Made by a program: the position numbers and the translations under genes. A DNA stretch of 64,000 bases from positions 206,584,001-206,648,000 of the forward strand of contig OX597814.1 in the NCBI GenBank assembly GCA_951406725.2, given 5' to 3'. The notes below the pieces were generated by a model. The model made no database searches. It saw only the letters and a program-made list of their open reading frames with translations, and was not told the origin of the DNA. This document shows positions 1 through 14,000 of the stretch, one piece after another. The DNA comes from Octopus vulgaris (lineage: Eukaryota). Numbering within the stretch: position 1 is the stretch's first letter; the number at the start of each line of letters is the position of its first letter.

Positions 1-701
1 TACCTCTTTTTTTCTGTCTCTTTCTTTTTTGCCTGTTATAAAATTGAAGCCTGATGATGTCATTCCATCAACGTGTGGATGCTGGTTTCTCTCGTTCATA
101 CTTCAAATTTAAATTTCTATAATTTTGAATTTTTATCACTTCTTATTTTCAACTCGACAAAGACAGCATTACTATTAAAATATCATTCAACTAATAAAAT
201 ATCTATTGCTATCGCATCGTGCTCTTTGTCTTGTCTTAATAATAATAATAATAATAATGATGGTGATAACAGTATTGCAATTTCTTGGCATACCCTCTGT
301 ATGGTGGATGTATCAGAGTTTACCACTTGACCCTGACCCCCAATATAATCATCCAGTCCCCTCCACTTCATCAGTGTCAGCAGTACTCGGGTCACCTTAT
401 GAACCCCCTGCTTTTTTCCTTAAACATATTTTTTTGTTCTTCCCCTCATTGCTCTCAGCATTGTTCATTTGTGTCTCCACCACCACCACCAGTGCAGCCA
501 TGGTGGCAGGCCAGAAATTGGTCAATATCCATGAAGGACAGGCCATCAGGGACAAACCCAGCAACCTCACAGTGGATACTTTGTGAGATGAATGTTTTTC
601 TTTGTATTTGATCACCCTGCAGGACAAAAACTGAAACCAGGCAAATGGTGGAGGGTCTCAGTTTGAATCAATGACCATCCAGACAGTATTTCTTTATTAT
701 G

Positions 702-733
<32 letters not shown>

Positions 734-1249
734 CATTGCTGCTGAAGACAGCCTTGTTATTGTCATATCGTTGTACACTGTGCTACTGGTCCATGATAGT
801 AGCAGTAATGATAATGTGTACCTGCCGAGACCAGAGAAGATAGAGAGGACCCCTTTGTTGGGTTAGGCCTACGACAACGGAAAGTAGGTCTCTTTTGCCT
901 TAGAGATGGTTGCTTTTGGTTGTAACACCACATTCCTCTTTATGAGTGAAATGCCAAATAAAAATTATCATCACAACACTGAATCCCCAAGGAAAAGCCT
1001 TTTGCGGCCTGCTGTACATCCAGGTGGGCTTGGTCGTTTATTCGAATACTTCTGCAAAGTAGAGAAGAAGATGATCTCAGAATGACAAAAGGGCCATAAT
1101 GGAATGTTATGGCAGAAGTGAGTCTACCAAACTAGGATACAGGAAATAGAGACATGAAATATGCATAGAGAAACACATGTTCCCTCTCTCTGAATATTGT
1201 TCTGTGAAATCCTTTGTAAATTAAAGTCTCCGTCTAACTTATGCTAGCA

Positions 1250-2095
1250 TGAAAAAGTGGGGGGATGGGTGGAAGCTGCAGTCTGGGATCAAGAAAAAAA
1301 AAGACCAAGATTAGAGTCATGGCATCTGGAATGTCATCTGCCAATCAAGTATTGTGGTCATGGAAGTTCTATGTTAGCAATATATAGAAATCTATTGTCG
1401 GCTAAGAGCAATGACATTCTCAGGAAAACATTAGGCGTTGACCAGTATGAAGCATCTGGTCTGCTTTGGAGGACATTCAGGCCAGGAATTAGCACAGGTA
1501 GTTTCCAGAAATTCTTGGTCTGGTTACCGAGGAGCAGCGCTGGCATAAACTCTATGGATGGGACTGGCTGAGATGCCCTCGTACAGTGTCCAAGCATTTC
1601 TGATCTGCAGAGTCATGTTGAACAGCTGTTGGCACATGTAGGAAGGATCTGGCTATGAGTTGAGTCTGTTTTGAGGATTACCCCATCACTGACCTTTAAC
1701 AAAGCAGGGCAGATGATGTTTCTCTCCCTAGAGAAAGGGCTTGTGTGGTGGACGAGGCTGAAAAAAATTAAGGAAAGACACCTTCCACTTAAGTTAAACC
1801 CAGATCCCTTTTTTTTTTAAAGTTCCATTTGGAAAAGAAATTGAGGGTGGAGAGGGAAGGTGGCTGACTGGTAAGAATGATTAGGGTGAATGAAGCTCCT
1901 TTAGGCATGCACCTAGTGAGTGGAGGGCAACACCGGGGTGAGGACTCGTGCCCTTCATGGTCAGGGTGATCCTGGATCTGTGGGGTTCATTGACTGGTGC
2001 TTTCTTTCCCTTCATCCTTTATGTAACCCCCAACACACACACAGATTGTAAAATGTCCGAGTAATGCCCCTCACTTGTGGCAATTAAAAGAAATC
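1250..2095 (+). mobile_element. Degenerate L1/Tx1-clade LINE 3' fragment
   Basis: Broken frames with ALVQCPSISDL..VEQLL and WWTRLK, resembling the C-terminal Cys/His region of Tx1 ORF2; ends in aattaaaagaaa. Confidence 0.45.
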
Positions 2096-2673
2096 ATCAT
2101 CATCATCATCATAATTATTGCATTCTATATTAATCAGCAGGGATGTTGCCTTGATGTTTGATGACAACAGGTCACCTCAAATCCGAAGAATCTTTCTCTA
2201 TCTACATAATGGTCTGCTAGTTATAAAGCTTTTCATTGAGTACTGCCTCCTCCAAGTAATGCCTTTTGGTGATAACTCACACACACACACACACACACAA
2301 ATCCTGTGATGTCCACAGTTTCTCTCTTCCAAATATCAGTCGCAAATATCAGTCTTGAGGCTGCGGTAGAAGATACTTGCTCAAGGTGCTGTTGGACAGT
2401 GGGATTGAACTAGAACCAATTAATTGTACAGGGAACCTCATAATCCTCTAAGCTATCGAACAAACAAAGGGGCCTCTAAGTTATGACTTGATCTGCTAGA
2501 AAAGGCAGTTAAATCTTCTTCATGTACCACCTAACATCTTAAAGAAGGAAGGACACTTGGGGGTATTTATGGTCGGAATGTCTCTGACCTGGTTCTACAC
2601 CAACACAACCATGACCTCCATTCATTAATAATGACATTATATTCTCAATTTCTTCTGCTATTTTGATTTTCAG

Positions 2674-2910
2674 ATGCAGAAAATGTTGTCAAAAAGAAGG
2701 TCCATAATGTAAGCAAACATGAACTTCAAGTGGACTGGTATAAAAATCTAGTTTGGCAAGAAGATGCAATGATTGTGTCAAATGGCCCCAAAGACATGTC
2801 GGACAAAATGTTAATTGATTTTTTGAAAGAGAACGGGAATTTAGAAATTGTATATGTCTTCCCTGGAAGAAAACCTGGAACTTTTCTTGTCTATTGCGAA
2901 AATGAAATTG
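2674..2910 (+). CDS. PARP14: PARP14-like exon (RRM-like module), phase 1-1
   Basis: ttttgattttcag|ATGCAG...GAAATTG|gtaagt; translates AENVVKKKVHNVSKHELQVDWY...GTFLVYCENEI; 237 nt. Confidence 0.75.
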
Positions 2911-5024
2911 GTAAGTTTCTTCAAGTTTGATTTGTTACGAAAAAGATTTCTTGAATTTTGTTTTGTTAACAGGATTGGTATATCTTTTATGTTTTAAATG
3001 TTTTAGTCTAATGACTCAGGCCATGCTGGGGCACCACCTTGAAGATCTTTTTGTGTCAAAAGAATCGACCCCAGTGCTTCTCACTTTTTTAAGCGTGGTA
3101 ACATTTAATCACTCTATTTTGCTGATCTGCTAAGTTATAGGAACATAAACACACTGATACCAGTCATCAAATAGTGGTGGATAACAAACAGTCACACACA
3201 CACACACATACTGGGCTTCTTTCAGTTTCCATCTACCAAATCCACTCATAATGCCTCGGCCGAACTGAGGCTACTGTAGAAGATTCTCACCCAAGGTGCC
3301 ATGCAGTGGGACTGAACCCAGAACCATGTGGTTGGGAAGTAAACTTCTTAGCACACAGCCTTGTCTGCACCTATTTATATCTTTTATTTCTTCCCAGATT
3401 TTGCCTTTTGGTTTCTCACATTTATCAGGAAAGGAAGAAATTTGTCAGGAATGATGGTTATCCAGCAGGAAATCAGAAATATTAGAGATGATGTTTTATC
3501 AGTGAAACTGATTCCAGTATTTGACCGTTCCTTCAGTTTCTAAACATTGGAAAGAGGGAAAGTAAATGGAATATTTTACCATCTTTGTTTGATTGATAGA
3601 GGGAACTTGTTAAAAATTTCTACCTAGAACAAAAAGAAAACTGAGTCTTTACCATGTAAATGCATATTACAGAATAATAAAAGAAATATATAGTTTAATT
3701 CTAAAACAAAATATTTTTTGTGTGTCTTGGGAGGGTCAGTATGCCAATAATAAACACATGCTCTGATTCAGTTTCCCTTCTTTATAGTTATTTGCCAAGT
3801 GGTCACTTAAGACATGCATAGACTAGAGAGGAACGGGAGCAGTATGCTCCGTTGGATATGCAACGTCAGTGTGCATGTATGACAAAGTGGAAATGTGCTG
3901 AGAGAAAAGTTGGTCGTAAGCGGAATGAATTGCTGCATGCAAGAGACAAGATTGCATTGGTTTGGACATGTGATGTGTATGAATGGAAATAGCTGTATAT
4001 AGAAGTGTTGATTGCTTAAAGGGGATGGCAGGTGTGGAAGAGAGAGCCAATCTCAAGATGACAATGTATCGTGATGTCTGGTTATAGAAGGTTCTCGAGA
4101 AGACCTGCCCACCCCACTGCTGTGTCTTCCACCCCTATCTAACATTAAATCACTCATCACACCCTACCTCAATAGACCAAAACTACATCTCTGCTCCTCT
4201 TCTTCATGCACTATGCTTACCTCTCCCTCTCTTCTCCTGCAATCCTGCCCTTCCTCTCCTGCTGGCATTCACATGAACCCCCTATTCATGCACCCTGGGA
4301 AATCCAATACTATCCCATTTACATTCCCATCCTCATACTTTAAGAGTATACCCTGACACATTACCACCGTCTCTCTCTCTCTCTCTCTCTCTTTCTCTTT
4401 CCCTCTGACTCGGGTAACCATGTCTCTCCATGTCGTGGAATGCTTCCCACCCCCACCCAAGTGAATGAAAGTGGATTAGCACATTGCTATAAAATGGAGA
4501 ACTGTCCGAGTGTCAGCAGTTGATTGGTTGGCAAGCAGTTGACTGTGATCCGTTTGGCAGAGAGTGCTTAACCTCATGTTTCTTTCTTCTGTCCTTCGTT
4601 GAATTATTTTTCCAACACACAAGGATACAAAACTCCACTACAGCAAGACACCTGTTTCCATCCTTCAGTCATACTGTATCTACACATCACCTCACACCAC
4701 AAAGCCACCTCCTCCAATACCACAGCCCCTCCTCTCAAAGGATCTTTGTTTTGCAAGTTACTTGGTGACCTTGCTGGGTCTGGTGCCATGTATAAAGCAT
4801 CCAGTCCACTCTGTATAACGGTTGGCATTAGGAGGGGCATCCTGCTATAAAAACCATATGAGAGGAGACCTTACCAGTGCAGGTGCCCCTTAAAATGCCC
4901 CTAGCCCTCTCTGTGAAATGGTTGGCATTAAGAATGGCATCCAAATGTAAAAACCATGCCAAAGCAGACTCCCCCCACTCTATCCCCTCTACTACTCATA
5001 ACCTGGTCACTTCCTTTTGGACAA

Positions 5025-5061
<37 letters not shown>

Positions 5062-8000
5062 ACCCTCTCCCATCTGCCTTCTCTTTCCTTGTCCTACTAG
5101 TCTTGCATCCTCGCAGGGTTCAAGAAATAAGTACCGGTGGAATATTGGGGTTGATGCAATCAACTAACCCTTCCCTCCAAATTGCTGGCCTTGTGTCAGA
5201 ATTTGAAATCAAGAGACATTTGGGGATCTGTGCTGGTGGCACATAAAGAACATCTTTTGAATGTTGGGCCTCACGGACGCAAAGTAGCTGAATTCTTTTC
5301 GAGCGTTGGGCCTCACAGAGGCAATGACGAAGATTTTTGGTATTATGTCATGTTTGGGAAGATTCATCAAAGCATGTAAAGGGACCCATTACATTCTCAG
5401 AGTGGTTGGCGTTAGGAAGGGCATTCAGCCAAAGAAAACCATGCTAAATCAGACTGGAGTCTGATGCAGCCTTCCAGCATGCCAGCCCAGTCAAACCGTC
5501 CAACCCATGCCAGCATGGACAACAGAACTTAAATGATGATATATCTTTAGAAATGGTTGGGTAGTTATATGTATTTTTAGTGAAATAGTTTGTTTTTTTT
5601 TTGTTTTTTTTGTCTAAATAACTTCATCTCTAACTTGTCTCTGATATTGTCATGTCTTTAACCAAAGTACAATATTCTAGAATACAAGAATGAGCCCAGA
5701 CGAGAAATGTTGAAATTCCCATCTCTACCTTAAAATACACACTTTTAAGGATCTGAAGACCTTTACACAGTTGCTCAGGCTGATAGAAATAGCAGGAAAG
5801 TATCCCTCCCATTACACCCTGCCTTCTTCAAAACAGAAGCTACCATTCTAGATATTGGAATGGTCATGGTTGGATTGTCTTTCATCATAAATCTGCTCAA
5901 TCAAATTTTGTTTCTTATGTTTTACACTTTATTTATCCCTAAATAGAAATACCTTTTACAATTAAGGATGAGTAAACATTTACTAAAGGACACATCATCA
6001 TCATCATCATGATCAGCATCACTGTTTTAAAATCCACTTTTCCATGCTTGCATGGGTTGGACAAAATTTGATGATGAGTTGGATTTTCTGCAGCTGGATG
6101 CCCTTCATGTTGCCAACCTTCACCTATTTCCAAGTAAGGTAATGTTTCCCAGTGACCAGACATGTTTTAAGGAAGACTGGAAATGAAGGACACTGCTTGT
6201 ATGACAGGGACACTCATTTACAACAAGCAAGGAGACAGTAACATACAGACGGACAGACAGACAGATGGCTTCTTTCAGTCTTCGTCTACCAAATCCACTC
6301 ATAAGGCTTTGGTTAACCCAAGGCTATAGTAGAATACATTTGTTCCAAGTGCTACACAGTAGGACTGAACCCAGAACCATATGGCTGGGAAGCAACCATC
6401 TTACCACACAGCCACACCTGTGCCTATATGGAGTTGTTAAATAATTGGAACTGCATTTTAATGCTAAAATCTCCAAATATGAAGAATCATTTAAAATCAT
6501 TTAAAAGTAAAATGTGTTAAAACATCAGTAAATTGACTTCAATTTGATTCTTTTACCAAAATGTATTTCCATTCACTGTATTTATTGCAGATTTTGAGGA
6601 TGTTCAGAGGATGTGCCAAAACAACCCCTTAAAAGGAAATCAACTGAAAGTGGATAGAATTAAGGAAATAAACAGTGTTCAAGTGAAAAACGTTTCTTCA
6701 AATGTCAGCTTTGAGAGTCTTCAAAGCTATTTTGGAAGTAGAAAAAAAAGTGTTGGTGGAGATATTTCTTCAGTTCAACAACAAACCTCTGATACTTACA
6801 TAATAAGTTTTAAAGAGGCGTGTGGTAAGTAATTTTTTTCTGCTCTCTTTGTCTAGTCTACCTATCAGAGTCAGTTATTAGCATTGTTTTAATTCAGGTT
6901 TTGTTGGAACTCCTGGAGGCTTGCTATCCGCAGCCTGCGGTACCATGCTATCTCTTCTGTTCAGCCATGTAATATTTTCTTGATGATAATGGCTGTGACA
7001 AGGTGGCAGACAGCTCTACTCAGCGCTCTGTCCTCATTTCCTCTTAATATCTTCTGATACTGTCCCCAGGGCCCCAATAATAATTAGTACTATCTCCATC
7101 TTTCACAGTCAAGCACATTTAAGAGGATTGTCCACTTGTTCACCTAACTAATTGTGGGTCAAACGCGTATGCAACATCAGTTATAGAACACATGTGGTTC
7201 ACCTTGTCCACAACGACCAGGCCTGGCTTGTTGTACTCAAGCACTTGGCCCTTTCTGAATTGAAAAATCCCACAAGATTTTACAGGTCTCTGACTCTGTG
7301 ATTCTCTGTGGTTTGTGTTTGTACCATGTTTTGCTTCTCTCTAACCCCAACTTTCCTCACAGTTTCCAATGCAGCACTTTTGTAGCCTCATCATGTCACC
7401 ACAACTCATATTGGTTTGGGGCATGTTGAGAGCATTCATTCACAGTAAGGGCAATGGCTTCATCAAATTATTATTATTATTATTATCATTATTATTGTTG
7501 TTGTTGTTGAGTGAGAGAGCAGTGCATGCCATCAAAGTGACACTGGGGTATGAATATATGAAGCCCAGTATACCCATCATGACTACCCATCTGATAAGGG
7601 TACACCAGGCTCATGCATCACAACTCATATTGGTTTTGGGCAACCTGAGAGCATTCATTCACAGTAAGGGCAATGACTTCATCAAATTATAGTAGTAGTA
7701 GTTGTTTTTCCTGTCTCTAAGAGGCAAACTTTCTGCTGAAGCTCTACAGGACATCCTATTCCAAACTCTTACAACCATTTGTCTATATCTTTACTTACAC
7801 TTCCCAATTATTATAATAAGCACGGCCGTTACGGTTCTGATACTCCAAATTCTCACCATTTCAAATTTTAAGGGATTGGATTTAAAACATTTTTCATCTC
7901 CTTTCTTTACAATCCTGGAATCAAATTAACAAGGTGGATCAATTAGTAAGCAACATTACTTTTCTTTGTCTATTATTGTTAGGTTTGGATGGTGGGCTCC

Positions 8001-11000
8001 ATACATTTCTAGTTTTCCTCTCAAGTTTCTTTGTATCGTTTTTGGTCCAGTCTACATTTCCAACTCCATATCTGATTACAGGTACTGCTCTTGCACTTTT
8101 TGCTTTAATAACATTTTTTTTCTTTTTTTGCATTTATCAATAATTTTCTGACTCTCCTTGTGAACTCCCTACTGGTAATTGTTTCATTTCTTTATTTTTT
8201 GTCTCGTCTGTTTCCAATGTTCCCAACTACTTTTACCACTGTCCTTTCTCAACCGTTTTCATTGTTTGCCCATTTGGCATTTCAATTCCCTGGCTTCTTT
8301 CAAATCTTCCTTGTTTCATTTTCAATATAGCACATTTTTCTATCCCAAATTCCATACCTACGTCATTTGAGAAAATCCGGATGGTATGTACAAGACTTTC
8401 AAGCTGTTTCTCATTTTCCACATAAACCTTTATATCATCCATGAAAAGGAGATGATTTATCTGACCATTTCCTTTTCCCAAATTGTAAGAAATTTCAACT
8501 TTTCTTAGTATCAAAATGAGCGGTGTCATGGCCAATACGAATAGTAATGGAGATAAGTTATCACCTTGGAATATTCCATGTCTGATGTTCACTTTTCTGA
8601 GATTTTGATTTCCTCTTTTCTTAGATTTTGTTTTCCAATGTTTCATATGTTCATTAAGCATTTTCTCCATGTTTCTGCTATTCAAAACATGCTCATTGTT
8701 TTACTAATCCAACTGTTTGGTACTGTGTCTTATGTATTTTTTAAAATCTAGACATACAACATTTAATCCTTTCAATCTGCATCTACAATTTCTAATTATC
8801 ATAATTACCATTTTATCAATTAATAAATGTTCTGTTCTCACCCTACTTTGTTTCTTGCATCTTTTCTGATCTTCAAAAAGTAGGTTGTTATTTTCTAGAT
8901 TATTACACAAGTCTGCATTTTAAATGAAGTAAAAGATGACTGTTTAGTTATAGGTGATTCTGAACCATTTTTTTAATGCTGATTTCAAATATGTTTTAGT
9001 TTTTGCCTATCATGTACAGATTTTGCACAAATAGCTGCCAAAGATATGATGATTTTTCTTATCATTCATTCCCTTTTGTAACAGACTTTTAGGCGATTAA
9101 GAACAAATGATGAGAACAATAATAAAAACGATAGGAATAGTGTATGTAGGCCTACATCTTGACTATGTATATATTTTTTTATATACCTGCTATGGCTTTA
9201 AAGCAATTTTACTCCTTTTCAAAATTCCTTTTCTTTGATTTCATTCCAGCTCTTGATAGTTACTTTCACTCTCTCTTTAGGGTCCAGCAGTAATCCACCA
9301 ACATGTTTACATTCCACCCCCACCCTCACTGGTACCTCCAATCCATTTCTTTAATGTTCTGATGAAATCTCTCACTGCAGTCCACTTAGATTGCCAAGGC
9401 TCTCTGGGAAAGAGTTGAGGTGTGAGTGAAGAAAGTGCATTTTAACACTCATGTTGCATCCAAGCTTTTTTGAAGTTTTGCAACATGGTATCAACTATGA
9501 CTTTGTAATTCGAAAGCTTATTGTTTCCCAAAAAGTTCTTGACAACACATTTGAAGCTGACCCATTGCTGTTTTTGAGATTCATTCATGGGTTTCTCATA
9601 ATCTGGGTCTTTCATCACTTTATGAATATGGGGACCAACAAATATTGCTGAGATGCTGCAAGAACATTTCATCTACAGGCAAAGATTTAATGAACTGTTT
9701 CACCAAATCTAGTTTGATGTGCAAGAGTGGTAGCAATACTTTGGTTAGTTCAATCAAGGGCTCGTGCAAAATGTTTTTGGATCCAGGTAACAAACTTCTT
9801 TGTGGTTACTTTATAATCATCTAGTGCTTTTCTTTGGACATTTTTGTGTAGTCTACCTGATGGACTAAAAGTATGTCTCATCATCATCATCATCATTTAA
9901 TGTCTGCCTTCCATGCTGGCATGGGTGGAACAATTTGACAGAACTCTGCACCAGACTTCTGTTTCTCTTTTGGCAAGGTTTTTACAGCTGGATGCCCTTC
10001 CTAACACCAACCACCCTGCAGAGGACTTGATGCTTTTTATATGGCAGAAGCACAGGTAGGGTGAGTTTTGGCAAGGTTTTTACAGCTGGATGCCCTTCTG
10101 AATGTTAACCACTTTACAGTGTGGACTGAATGCTTTTTAAGTGGCACCTGCACTGACAGGGTCACCAACTACCTTGCAAGACTAAAATCTTTTGAGAGGG
10201 AGGGGACATTGGAGGAGGTGATCTTGTGTTGGATGATGAAAAGTTATAGTGAGACAGAGATAGAGAAACAGGGGTCTTGCTGTGGAGGAGGTACAAGGTT
10301 ACCCAACCAGAGAGAGGGAGAGAGAGAGAGAGATATCAAGAATGTGCAGTCACAAAGGAGATACATAGTTACCCAACCTGAGGAAAGTGTAGGAGAAGGA
10401 GACAACATGATAGAAATGACGGCAAAGACATACTCGAAAGGAACGGGGATCAGAATATAAATGGGATGGTTGAGTAAAGGAAGAGAGAGATATAGATGGT
10501 GGCAAGTGCCAGGGCATACCCTTGAAGTTCGAATGCCACAATATAAGTGGCAGGATATTGCCAAAAGAGTGTGATTAGGGAGTGCAGAGGGGAAGTGCGT
10601 GGTGAAAACTGGGTATATATAGAGTCAAGGAGCTACCAGATAGCAATGATACAGAGGAACAGGGCTGTGAGGGCAGGATTGGGGAGAGAGAGCCAGGTAT
10701 AATGTACAGAGGAGGAAATGTGAGGAAGAGAAGATGTGGAGATGTAGATTGGTTTGTTGAAGTAAGATGTGCAAAGCTTTTGTAGTTATATGTAGGTGGG
10801 ATACACAAGAACCTCATAAGGCCAGACATCTTGGTCCTTTGTCATTTCTTCCATGAGGCCCAACATCCTGAGATAGGTCCTCACCACTCCATCCCATGTC
10901 TTCCTGGATCTCCCTCTTCCACAGGTATCCTCCACGTTCAATGATCAGCACTTCTTTATACAGCTGTCCTCATTCATACGCATCATGTGTCCAAACCAGC

Positions 11001-14000
11001 ACAGTCTTCTTTTTTGCATGCTTCATCTGGTTCTTCTTATTCCCAACTTTTCTCTCAGCACATTTGCACTTTGTTGTATGTGCACACTGATGCTGCGCAT
11101 CCAATGGAGCATAATGCCTTCATTTCTCTCCAGTCTATGCATGTCTTCTACATTCAGAGCCCATGTTGCACTGCTATGTGCACACAAGCACCATATAGTC
11201 TACCTTTCACTTTGGGAGAGAGAGAGAGCCCTTTTGTTGCCAACAGAGGTAGCAGCTCTCTGAACTTCCTCTGCTCTATTATTTTGAAATCTCTACACAC
11301 TTGCCAGTGGTATTCTGCATATTTTATATTCAACAAAAGACTTTTTTAATATTTTCATATGTCTCCTATAGTTGTACAGAATAGTGGAATACTTATTTCC
11401 ATTGTGTAGGAAGACAACCTTCAAACTCCTTTTGGAGGAATCCATGAACAGCCTCCATTCTGGGGGATTACTCTTGATCTCAAAATAGCTTAGCAACAAA
11501 ACACCATTGTTCCATCCTCAGCAAAGAATGGTAACAACTCATGTTTCCTGAGATGGTTTCAAGAAACGAAGGTTCCCGGTAATGAAAGCTTTCTCATTTT
11601 TAGCCTAGAACCAAGAATTTCCACTGCACCCTTTGATAGGTTCAGATCTCACCAAATCAAGGAGCTCTTGCTATGTAAATAACTACAGACTTTTGATTTA
11701 GTCACAAGAGTAGTATTCACCTTCTTCTCATTTGGCTTCTTCATCACTGTTTAATGTAACATTCTTCAAACCAAGTGAGTGAAAGGAACTGGAAAGTCAG
11801 CTCCATGTGCAATAGGCCGTATAACCAGAGGAATACTATGATACATTACCGTAAATTTATTTTTTTGCAGTGTACACATCAACTACAGCAATGTGGCTAT
11901 AACTATAACTGGTTACACCCCTGGCCTATGCCAGGGGTGTAACCAGTCCACTTATGCATGCCTTTCCTTCATTGGACACTAAACTCTGCTTGCGAAGACC
12001 TGTTGAGGCAAGTGAAATCAAAATCGAAATCAAATTCGATGACTGGCATCCATGCTAGTGGAGAGCTAAGAGTACCATATGAGTGAAATTGTTGCCAGAG
12101 CAACAAGCTGGCCTCCGTGCCGATGGCACACTAAAAACACCATTCGAGCATGGTCGTTACCTGCATTACCTTACTAGCATTTAGTTAGTTAGTTAATTTT
12201 TTGGCTCAAAAAGCAAAAAGCAAGGCCATGTAGGGGGACATGGAGTTATGTACAGGGTGGTGTTCATGTAAAGAGTTCAGGCCACTTGAGGTCAAGGGAG
12301 ACTTTGAACCGAGCGGTTGTCGGCATCTTCACCATCTCATCTGGCAGCTTATTCCACGGATCTGCAACCCGGACGGAGAAAGCCCCTCTCCTTCGATTGA
12401 GATGAAATCGTCGCAGATAGAGCTTTTCGGAATGACCCCACAGCCGACGCTCTGGAGCAGGAGTGAAGAACAGCTCTTTGGAGAGGTTACACTTTCCGCT
12501 TATGATGTTGTGAGCAAGAATGAGATCTCCACAGCGTCGTCGTTTTTCTAGAGAATAAAGGTCAAGCGTCTTCAGCCTTTCTTCATAAAACAAATGCTTG
12601 AGACCAAGAACCATGTGGGTAGCCAGCTTCTGGACTCTTTCGAGATGATGTATGTCTTTGAGGAGATAAGAAGAAGAGGCTTGAATCCTATACTCCAATA
12701 TGGGTCTCACCAGCATGACATAGAGCGGTAGGAATATGGCTGCTGTGAGCATTCCGAATGACCGTCGAATCAAGAACAGAATTCCGCGTGCTTTGTTGGC
12801 AGCATGAACGCACTGGGCTGAAGGCAAAAAGAAGGAATCCACCAAGATATCCTGGTCCTTTACCTGATCGGTCCTCTCCAGCAGCAGACGACCCAGCTCT
12901 AAATCAAGTTGAGTTGCAGGAGGAGAGCCAACAGGCAGATGACAGCACTTTGACACGTTCAGACACAGGTCCCATTCGTTAGACCGTCTCCAAATTTGGT
13001 GGAGGCATCGACGATGATCCTCTATATCACCGCGAGGAGCAACCAGTTTGACATCATCGGTGTGTTGTGTGAGGTCGTCGGGCAAGTCATTTATGAAGAC
13101 TAAGAACAATAAGGGCCCAAGCACTGAACCTTGAGGCACGCCATTTCTCCCACTGGAGACGTCGGACCGTGAACCATTAACGTGGACTTGGAAGGAGCAA
13201 TCTGAGAGGAAGGCACCAACCCATCGTACAATATCTGGATGGAAACTATATGCTTGAAGCTTGACAAGTAATAGGCGGTGGTTTACCGAGTCAAAAGCTT
13301 TGGCAAAGTCCAATAAAATGATGTCAACAGCATCACTATCATCGAGGATGCACGTCACCAATTCTTCCATTACCAGTAAGTTGGTCAAGCATGATCTCTT
13401 CGGCATGAAGCCATGTTGGGAATCAGAGATAGAGGCTGTGTTTTGGAGGTGGAGCATCATACTTTTCTTAAGGATGGTTTCGAACATCTTGCTGGTTATT
13501 GATGTAAGGGAAACTGGTTGGTAGTTAAGCGGGTCTTCGTGGCTCCCTTTCTTGAAAATTGGGCAGATTATTGTTGTTCTCCAGTCCGCAGGTATGACAC
13601 CTGTCACCAATGACATATTGAATAGACGTGTTAAGGGCTTGCAGATGACCGGAGCCAACGCTTTGATAACCCGTGGGTGTATGCTGTCAGGGCCGGTGCT
13701 GGTGGCACATGAAAAAACATTTGAGTGAGGTCATTGCCAGTGTCGCTGGACTGGCTCCTGTGCAGGTGGCACATAAAAAGCACTATTTGAGCGAGGTCGT
13801 TGCCAGTACCACCTGACTGGCTCTCGTGCTGGTGGAACATAAAAGCACCCACTAAACTCTCGGAGTGGTTAGCGTTAGGAAGGGCATCCAGCAGTAGAAA
13901 CTCTGCCAGATCAGATTGGAACCTAGTGCAGCCATCTGGCTCACTAGTCCTCAGTCAAATCGTCCAGCCCATGCTAGCATGGAAAGCAGACATTAAACGA

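Noticed and set aside
49-85. ctgatga motif as a hammerhead
   Set aside because: No GAAA core or convincing stems follow.
3290-3372. tRNA gene
   Set aside because: Only A/B-box-like SINE heads, without a complete cloverleaf and continuous with SINE bodies.
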